From assembly GCA_023412765.1 (NCBI GenBank), contig JAEZBX010000349.1, positions 4,339 to 68,338 of the forward strand: a stretch of DNA of 64,000 nucleotides, read 5' to 3'. Below, in pieces: positions 59,612 through 64,000 of the stretch (its first letter is position 1; each line of letters begins with the position of its first letter). The translations under genes and the position numbers were made by a program. This DNA comes from Bacteroidota bacterium. GTDB taxonomy: Bacteria; Bacteroidota; Bacteroidia; Cytophagales; Cyclobacteriaceae. The notes under the pieces were generated by a model. It was not told the origin of the DNA and did not search any database. It saw nothing but the letters and a program-made list of their open reading frames with translations.

Positions 59612-59770
59612 AGGTTAAACAAAATTTGTGTATGACAAATGTCTCAAAATGTGCCTAGAAAATCCCTGCAAAAACCACCGTTTTCGTACATCGTCAAAAA
59701 TAAGCGCTATGTGCAATCACACGTGCAACCCTTATATTTGCGCCCTGTCTTTGGGTAAAAATAACCACTC

Positions 59771-60454
59771 ATGAAGCACTTTTTGTTCATATTCTCCATA
59801 GTTCTTCTAACCAGCGTTGCGGTTCTTGGCCAGAATTCAGAAACAAGGTCGGTAGGCCCATTTTCTGGCATAAAGGCAACTGAAGGAATTGATGTTTTTA
59901 TAAAAAAAGGCAGCAAGGAAAGTGTGCGTGTGGAGGTGACAGGTACCTCTCTGGACAATATTATTACAGAGGTCTCAGGTTCCTACTTGCGGGTTCATAT
60001 GCGCAACGGAAACCATGGCCGGGTAAATGCCAAGGTCTATGTTACCTACGTGAAGGTGGATAAGATATCAGCAAGCTCGGCAGGAAGCGTTTTTGGAGAA
60101 GATGTTCTTGAGGCTGATGAAATTGAACTTGGCGCATCCAGTGCCGGATCGATCGAAATCACGGTTAAAGCGCAAACAGTAGAGGCAAGCGTGTCGAGTG
60201 CAGGTCAGATAGAGGTACAGGGTACTACAAAAAGGTTTAGGGTTGATGCGAGCAGCGCCGGGCAGATTGATGCCTATGATCTCGATGCACAACAGGTTAC
60301 AGCAGAGGCCTCCGGAGCAGGGTCGATTAAGCTTACCGTTAGTGAAGATCTTGATGCCAATGCGAGCAGCGGCGGTAGCATTAGATACCATGGCAATCCA
60401 AATAATTCCAATACAAATTCGAGCAGCGGCGGGTCGGTGAAGAAGTCGAATTAG
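59771..60454 (+). CDS. Head GIN domain (DUF2807) protein
   Basis: Signal peptide, ETRSVGPFSGI, repeated ASSAGSI units, SIRYHGNP. Confidence 0.88.
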   Translation: MKHFLFIFSIVLLTSVAVLGQNSETRSVGPFSGIKATEGIDVFIKKGSKESVRVEVTGTSLDNIITEVSGSYLRVHMRNGNHGRVNAKVYVTYVKVDKISASSAGSVFGEDVLEADEIELGASSAGSIEITVKAQTVEASVSSAGQIEVQGTTKRFRVDASSAGQIDAYDLDAQQVTAEASGAGSIKLTVSEDLDANASSGGSIRYHGNPNNSNTNSSSGGSVKKSN

Positions 60455-60480
60455 GGAGATGGTTAGGTGTAAGGGGTAGG

Positions 60481-60546
60481 TAGTGAGTAGTAAGTAGTGA
60501 GTAGTAAGTAGTGAGTAGTGAGTAGTAAGTGGTAAGTGGTAAGTAA
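60481..60546. repeat. TRGTRAG heptamer tandem repeat x9
   Basis: tagtgag/tagtaag/tggtaag units from 60481 to 60543; degenerate units from 60461. Confidence 0.9.
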
Positions 60547-60626
60547 GTTCCTGCGATAATTGATCGAGCGCACACCCAAGACCCAATCCACGGGTAACGG
60601 TCAAATCTTCTGGGGCAATTCGCTCT

Positions 60627-60659
60627 AGCTGTCGGCTGAAGGCTGTTAGCTGACAGCTT
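60627..60659. repeat. Palindromic heptamer element RGCTGNN x5 (second copy)
   Basis: agctgtc ggctgaa ggctgtt agctgac agctt. Confidence 0.75.
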
Positions 60660-60760
60660 CTCTTCAATTTTCCTTCAAAAAATCCTCCGTAATTTGACGT
60701 CAGTATGACGACATCTACAACGATACCATCCTCATCACTGCAATTTTGGCTATCATTCGA

Positions 60761-60793
60761 CATCAACACGTCAACACGCCAACACATCAACAC
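60761..60793. repeat. CRYCAACA octamer x4
   Basis: catcaaca cgtcaaca cgccaaca catcaaca, ending just before ATG 60800. Confidence 0.75.
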
Positions 60794-60799
60794 CTTACC

Positions 60800-61483
60800 A
60801 TGAAAGTCCTGATTATCGAAGATAATGTAGAGCTGGCCCGCAACATTCAGGATTTTCTGCTGCGCGAAGGTTATGTATGTGAATGGAGTTCGACTTGCAA
60901 TCATGCACTCGGGAAACTTGGTGCTTTCAATTATGATTGCATAGTACTTGATATAATGCTTCCAGACGGAGACGGCTTGTCAGTGCTTGAGTTTATCAAG
61001 GAGCAAAAAATTAAAAGCAATGTCCTAATTATTTCAGCTAAGAATTCTCTCGACGACAAGATTCAGGGACTTGATCTGGGTGCCGATGATTACCTCACTA
61101 AACCGTTCCATCTTCCCGAACTTAACGCGCGGCTTAGAGCCATATATCGAAGAAATGCCCTTGACGGTGACAATACAGTTCGCCACAATGAAATAGAATT
61201 AAATACCGTTTCTATGGAAGCGCGCGTAAATGACATAGTACTTGAATTGACAAAGAAAGAGTTTGACCTGTTGCTGTACTTTCTGACCAACAAAAATCGA
61301 GTACTTACACGACAATCGCTGGCTGAACACCTATGGGGCGATTACACAGATAACCTGGCCAATTTCGATTTTGTATACCAGCATGTAAAAAATCTCAGGA
61401 AAAAAATCAATGCCGCCAACGGTAAGGATTATATAGGAACAGTGTATGGCATAGGATACAAATTCGACACAACGATTTCATGA
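60800..61483 (+). CDS. OmpR-family response regulator
   Basis: MKVLIIED, LDIMLPDGDG, GADDYLTKPF, LTKKEFDLL and VYGIGY motifs. Confidence 0.95.
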   Translation: MKVLIIEDNVELARNIQDFLLREGYVCEWSSTCNHALGKLGAFNYDCIVLDIMLPDGDGLSVLEFIKEQKIKSNVLIISAKNSLDDKIQGLDLGADDYLTKPFHLPELNARLRAIYRRNALDGDNTVRHNEIELNTVSMEARVNDIVLELTKKEFDLLLYFLTNKNRVLTRQSLAEHLWGDYTDNLANFDFVYQHVKNLRKKINAANGKDYIGTVYGIGYKFDTTIS

Positions 61484-62742
61484 AACTAATAGACCGGCTT
61501 ACGATTTGGTATCTCACTATTACAACGCTTGTACTACTGGCCAGCGGATTAATCGTTTTTTATTTCGTTCAGCGTGAAATTGAAAATGAAGTAAGCAGAA
61601 GGTTAAAAAGAGATATCGATCATGCAGCGAGGCTTCTCGGAAACGGCGTACCGGTTGACAGTGTTAAAGGGCCACAAATCGAAATATCGGAGCTTCCGGT
61701 TAATGCCCCCATTGTAAGGTTTCAAGTCACCGACTCTATGGGCTACTTTTCCCGAAGGGCATTGGATCGGAAATTTACTGTGGCATCTTCATACAAAGTT
61801 GGAAACCGTCATTACCATATATCTGCATACAATTTTATTGCTGAGCCAGACGAAATACTTGAAGGCGTCATGCATTCACTAGCCATTACGTTAGTAGTAC
61901 TGCTGCTCTTCGTGTGGATAGCCAGTCGCCAGATGTCGAAACAAATTCTGTCAAACTTCAACAAGACTTTGAAGACAATCCAGACTTTTAATCTCAAACA
62001 GAAACATCCGATGAAGCTCGCCGAAACTCGGACTCATGAATTCAAGGAATTAAATCAGTTTTTGATGAAGATGACAAACAAAGCCCTCGATGACTACAGG
62101 TCGTTGAAGGAATTTTCGGAAAATGCATCGCACGAATTACAAACCCCCTTATCGATCATACGCGGAAAACTGGAACTTCTGCTTGAAACGAATATCGATG
62201 AAAAACAGGCTTCGCTAATTGAAGCCGCTCAAAACGCCGCGCAAAAACTTTCAGCTATCAACCAATCGCTTGCATTACTTACTAAACTGGAAAACCAGGA
62301 GTATCGGGTAGATCAAAAGATGGACTTCAGCAGATTAGTTGAAAACAGCATCGCATCTTTTAAAGAACTTATAGAAATGAAGTCGATCGTATTGACCGCA
62401 AACATCGATCCCAATGTTAATGTAAAACTGAATCCGGTTTTGGCTGACATTTTATTTAACAATCTGATAAGTAATGCAATCCGACATAACTACGTTAGCG
62501 GAGGAACAATTGATATACATCTGTCATCATCCGGCCTAACCGTTAAGAATACAGGAGATGCATTAAAAATCCCCACAACCGAATTGTTCAAACGTTTTAA
62601 GAAAGCTAAGCAAGGTTCGGAGTCAACAGGATTGGGATTGGCAATCGTTAAACAAATTTGTGACATCAGCAATTTCACTGTTAGCTATGAGTATTCAAAC
62701 AATATGCACGAGCTTAACATCATATTTTCACCGGTCACGTAA
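61480..62742 (+). CDS. Sensor histidine kinase
   Basis: Two TMs, NASHELQTPL, NLISNAIRHN and STGLGLAIV motifs. Confidence 0.93.
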   Translation: MKLIDRLTIWYLTITTLVLLASGLIVFYFVQREIENEVSRRLKRDIDHAARLLGNGVPVDSVKGPQIEISELPVNAPIVRFQVTDSMGYFSRRALDRKFTVASSYKVGNRHYHISAYNFIAEPDEILEGVMHSLAITLVVLLLFVWIASRQMSKQILSNFNKTLKTIQTFNLKQKHPMKLAETRTHEFKELNQFLMKMTNKALDDYRSLKEFSENASHELQTPLSIIRGKLELLLETNIDEKQASLIEAAQNAAQKLSAINQSLALLTKLENQEYRVDQKMDFSRLVENSIASFKELIEMKSIVLTANIDPNVNVKLNPVLADILFNNLISNAIRHNYVSGGTIDIHLSSSGLTVKNTGDALKIPTTELFKRFKKAKQGSESTGLGLAIVKQICDISNFTVSYEYSNNMHELNIIFSPVT

Positions 62743-62836
62743 ACTTCAAAATGTCCTCAAACTGTTTTCAGAACTTTCGGCTGCCAGGTGGGTTAGTGCA
62801 GCAGGGGATAGTTGTGAAAAAAAAAATTAAGAAACG

Positions 62837-64000
62837 ATGAGGTGCTATTTTCTACTAATTCTGTTGTCTTTTTCTGTTGTGACAATTGCTCAGGACAGCG
62901 AGCAATCCGGGCCTTCCATCGACGGTGCAATTGTAGATGAGCAAAAAAATCCAGTACCTTTTGGAAATGTAGCTGTATATCAGCTGCAGGACTCGTCGCT
63001 GGTCACCGGCGGAGTTTCGAATGATCAGGGAAAATTCAGTGTTCCTGTTGAACCGGGGAAATATTTCCTCAGGATAAGTTTTTTATCGTACGATGAAGAG
63101 GTTGTTCATAATGTCGATGTTTCCAATGGAAATGTTAACGTTGGCGTTGTAACATTGACAGAAAATAGTCAGGTACTGGAAGAAGTCATCGTCAAAGGTG
63201 AAAAGGCTACTATGGAGCTTCAACTGGACAAGCGCGTTTTCAATATTGAAAAAGACTTGAGCAACGTTGGCAGAAATGCTTCCGACATTTTGGGTAACCT
63301 TCCTTCTGTTACAGTGGATGTTGATGGGACGGTAAGTCTTCGAGGTAGTGAAAATGTAAGAATACTAATTGATGGAAAACCATCTGGTCTCACCTCACGC
63401 GATCCCGAGGCACTTCGCATGCTTCAGGGAAATTTAATACAAAGTATTGAAGTGATTACGAACCCATCATCGCGTTATGATGCTGCCGGCGAAGTGGGTA
63501 TTATAAATATCGTGTTGAAAAAGAATCAGGATAAAGGCATACATGGAACCTTCAGCGCTAAAGCAGGATATCCTGCAGAATACGGAGGTTCATACAGCAT
63601 CAACATTCGTCGAAAGAAAGTCAACCTGTTCTCAAGTTATGGCGTTGAGTACGACAAGCGTCCGGGATGGGGAGAATCATTCCAACAGAATTCGGCTCCC
63701 GACAATCAGTTCGCTTATTCACAACGCAATGACCGAAATCGTCAGGAATTTTCTCACAATTTCACGGTAGGGCTAGACTATTTTTTTAACGATAAGACAT
63801 CGGTTACAGGTTCCTTCCTTTACAATACTGGCGATGGTCTGAATACTGCCGAGACGAACTATATCGACTTTGACGAGAATGGCGGAATAATGCGTACAGT
63901 GAAACGGACGGAGCGTGAAAACGAAGATGAAGAAAATATTGAAACAACACTTAATTTCAAAAAAGACTTTGAAGGAAAAGGCCATACACTGACTGCCGAT
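62837..64000 (+). CDS. TonB-dependent receptor / outer-membrane beta-barrel, 3'-truncated (absent from the ORF track)
   Basis: Translated by hand from ATG 62837: signal peptide MRCYFLLILLSFSVVTIAQ, carboxypeptidase-regulatory-like domain, LEEVIVKG, plug motifs LPSVTVDVDG and IEVITNPSSRYDAAG. Confidence 0.88.
   Translation, partial: MRCYFLLILLSFSVVTIAQDSEQSGPSIDGAIVDEQKNPVPFGNVAVYQLQDSSLVTGGVSNDQGKFSVPVEPGKYFLRISFLSYDEEVVHNVDVSNGNVNVGVVTLTENSQVLEEVIVKGEKATMELQLDKRVFNIEKDLSNVGRNASDILGNLPSVTVDVDGTVSLRGSENVRILIDGKPSGLTSRDPEALRMLQGNLIQSIEVITNPSSRYDAAGEVGIINIVLKKNQDKGIHGTFSAKAGYPAEYGGSYSINIRRKKVNLFSSYGVEYDKRPGWGESFQQNSAPDNQFAYSQRNDRNRQEFSHNFTVGLDYFFNDKTSVTGSFLYNTGDGLNTAETNYIDFDENGGIMRTVKRTERENEDEENIETTLNFKKDFEGKGHTLTAD

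Noticed and set aside
60746..60799. His-rich N-terminal extension of the response regulator
   Set aside because: It is the translation of the octamer repeat; the receiver domain begins at MKVLIIED.
60068..60904. 278-aa minus-strand ORF with LTTHYS repeats
   Set aside because: Shadow ORF overlapping two well-supported + strand genes; the repeats are the antisense reading of the TAGTRAG run.
1..64000. tRNA, rRNA, riboswitches, prophage or transposase genes
   Set aside because: None recognised by eye. A covariance-model scan (Infernal/Rfam, tRNAscan-SE) would be needed to exclude small RNAs.

Overview
A gene-dense 64 kb chromosomal window, most likely from a Bacteroidota (Cytophagales-like) organism, judged from gene content and TAnnTTTG-type promoter boxes. 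In order it contains: (1) an alternative complex III (actB-F) plus aa3 cytochrome c oxidase operon with assembly genes; (2) a large membrane kinase, then a sigma54 two-component system facing a MacAB-type ABC exporter; (3) a fragmented carotenoid/light-response region (cyclase, crtZ, photolyase, idi, ECF sigma, CarH/LitR-like regulator) interrupted by a DUF1549/DUF1553-DUF1501 block; (4) lhr-type helicase and pdeM separated by a repeat cassette and a pit gene; (5) a complete 2-aminoethylphosphonate pathway with cytidylyltransferases, a CDP-alcohol phosphotransferase and an LTA-synthase-like transferase, probably a phosphonolipid locus; (6) a few stand-alone genes, an OmpR-type two-component system and a truncated TonB-dependent receptor. 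The most unusual feature is 42251-43945. A lone four-helix-bundle (IVP/Avd-like) gene sits between two oppositely oriented non-coding arrays of a GTRATCGGT core repeated about every 78 bp, with a few re-used linker families. The outermost cores contain the stop codons of both flanking genes. Several other 7-8 bp tandem-repeat islands lie just after stop codons elsewhere in the window. All calls come from reading the sequence and motifs by eye; no database searches were run.
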